Shown one piece after another: positions 5,356 to 6,080 of a DNA stretch of 6,080 bases. Origin of the DNA: a virus (Duplodnaviria > Heunggongvirae > Uroviricota > Caudoviricetes); IMG/VR virus record IMGVR_UViG_2713896775_000008; one strand, written 5' to 3'. Made by a program: the position numbers and the translations under genes. Position 1 is the stretch's first letter. Each line of letters opens with the position of its first letter. The notes beneath the pieces are model-generated. The model was not told where the DNA came from. It worked only from the letters and a program-made list of their open reading frames with translations, and ran no database searches.

Positions 5356-6060
5356 ATGAACCCATTCAAAGGCCGGCATTTTCAGCGTGACATCATTCTG
5401 TGGGCCGTACGCTGGTACTGCAAATACGGCATCAGTTACCGTGAGCTGCAGGAGATGCTGGCTGAACGCGGAGTGAATGTCGATCACTCCACGATTTACC
5501 GCTGGGTTCAGCGTTATGCGCCTGAAATGGAAAAACGGCTGCGCTGGTACTGGCGTAACCCTTCCGATCTTTGCCCGTGGCACATGGATGAAACCTACGT
5601 GAAGGTCAATGGCCGCTGGGCGTATCTGTACCGGGCCGTCGACAGCCGGGGCCGCACTGTCGATTTTTATCTCTCCTCCCGTCGTAACAGCAAAGCTGCA
5701 TACCGGTTTCTGGGTAAAATCCTCAACAACGTGAAGAAGTGGCAGATCCCGCGATTCATCAACACGGATAAAGCGCCCGCCTATGGTCGCGCGCTTGCTC
5801 TGCTCAAACGCGAAGGCCGGTGCCCGTCTGACGTTGAACACCGACAGATTAAGTACCGGAACAACGTGATTGAATGCGATCATGGCAAACTGAAACGGAT
5901 AATCGGCGCCACGCTGGGATTTAAATCCATGAAGACGGCTTACGCCACCATCAAAGGTATTGAGGTGATGCGTGCACTACGCAAAGGCCAGGCCTCAGCA
6001 TTTTATTATGGTGATCCCCTGGGCGAAATGCGCCTGGTAAGCAGAGTTTTTGAAATGTAA
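5356..6060 (+). CDS. tnpA: IS26 transposase Tnp26 (DDE transposase, IS6 family)
   Basis: 234-aa ORF MNPFKGRHFQRDIILWAVRWYCKYGISYRELQEMLAERGVNVDHSTIYRWVQRYAPEMEKRLRW...LVSRVFEM, recognised as the IS26 transposase. The ORF-track start at 5338 adds 6 unlikely residues; the ATG at 5356 gives the canonical length. Confidence 0.95.
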   Translation: MNPFKGRHFQRDIILWAVRWYCKYGISYRELQEMLAERGVNVDHSTIYRWVQRYAPEMEKRLRWYWRNPSDLCPWHMDETYVKVNGRWAYLYRAVDSRGRTVDFYLSSRRNSKAAYRFLGKILNNVKKWQIPRFINTDKAPAYGRALALLKREGRCPSDVEHRQIKYRNNVIECDHGKLKRIIGATLGFKSMKTAYATIKGIEVMRALRKGQASAFYYGDPLGEMRLVSRVFEM

Positions 6061-6080
6061 GGCCTTTGAATAAGACAAAA

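Larger units (their letters stand above)
5293..6080 (+). mobile_element. IS26 (IS6 family) insertion sequence, partial; right end lies beyond the window
   Basis: The terminal inverted repeat GGCACTGTTGCAAA at 5293-5306 is followed by the characteristic IS26 left-end sequence and the transposase gene. The 3' tail GGCCTTTGAATAAGACAAAA matches the IS26 region before its right inverted repeat. IS26 is about 820 bp, so the right end is expected about 32 bp past the window. Confidence 0.9.

Noticed and set aside
5179-5883. 234-aa minus-strand ORF
   Set aside because: It lies entirely antisense to the IS26 transposase gene and the invertase remnant. The plus-strand products have clear family identity, and this long antisense frame is a known artefact in IS26.
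1-6080. CRISPR arrays, tRNA or rRNA genes, integrase or attachment sites
   Set aside because: Scanning both strands showed no regularly spaced direct repeats, no cloverleaf-compatible conserved tRNA motifs and no integrase-like ORF in this window.

Overview
This 6,080-bp window reads as a decayed, mosaic lambdoid (Rac-like) prophage segment from an Escherichia-type genome. Left to right: two small leftward ORFs with a terminator (131-614, minus strand); the 3' third of a phage endolysin gene with no 5' part (733-957), abutting an apparently intact Rz/Rz1 spanin pair (954-1418, Rz1 nested in the +1 frame); a strikingly AT-rich TrkH-family K+ transporter gene that I recognise as trkG (1556-3013); a ParB-like nuclease-domain ORF (3151-3582); then, on the minus strand, a tail-fibre assembly gene (3586-4113) and a start-less tail-fibre C-terminal cassette (4117-5121) running into a 26-bp gix/pix-type crossover site (5104-5129). 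Immediately right of the site is the N-terminus of a Gin/Pin/Hin-family serine DNA invertase (from 5184), cut off after about 37 codons by an IS26 insertion (inverted repeat 5293-5306, transposase 5356-6060, element runs off the window). The main point of interest is a tail-fibre DNA-inversion switch that has lost both its recombinase (to IS26) and its partner half. I see no CRISPR array, tRNA or rRNA, and no convincing evidence for an intact novel defence system. All identifications come from reading the sequence and from memory of protein families; no searches were run.
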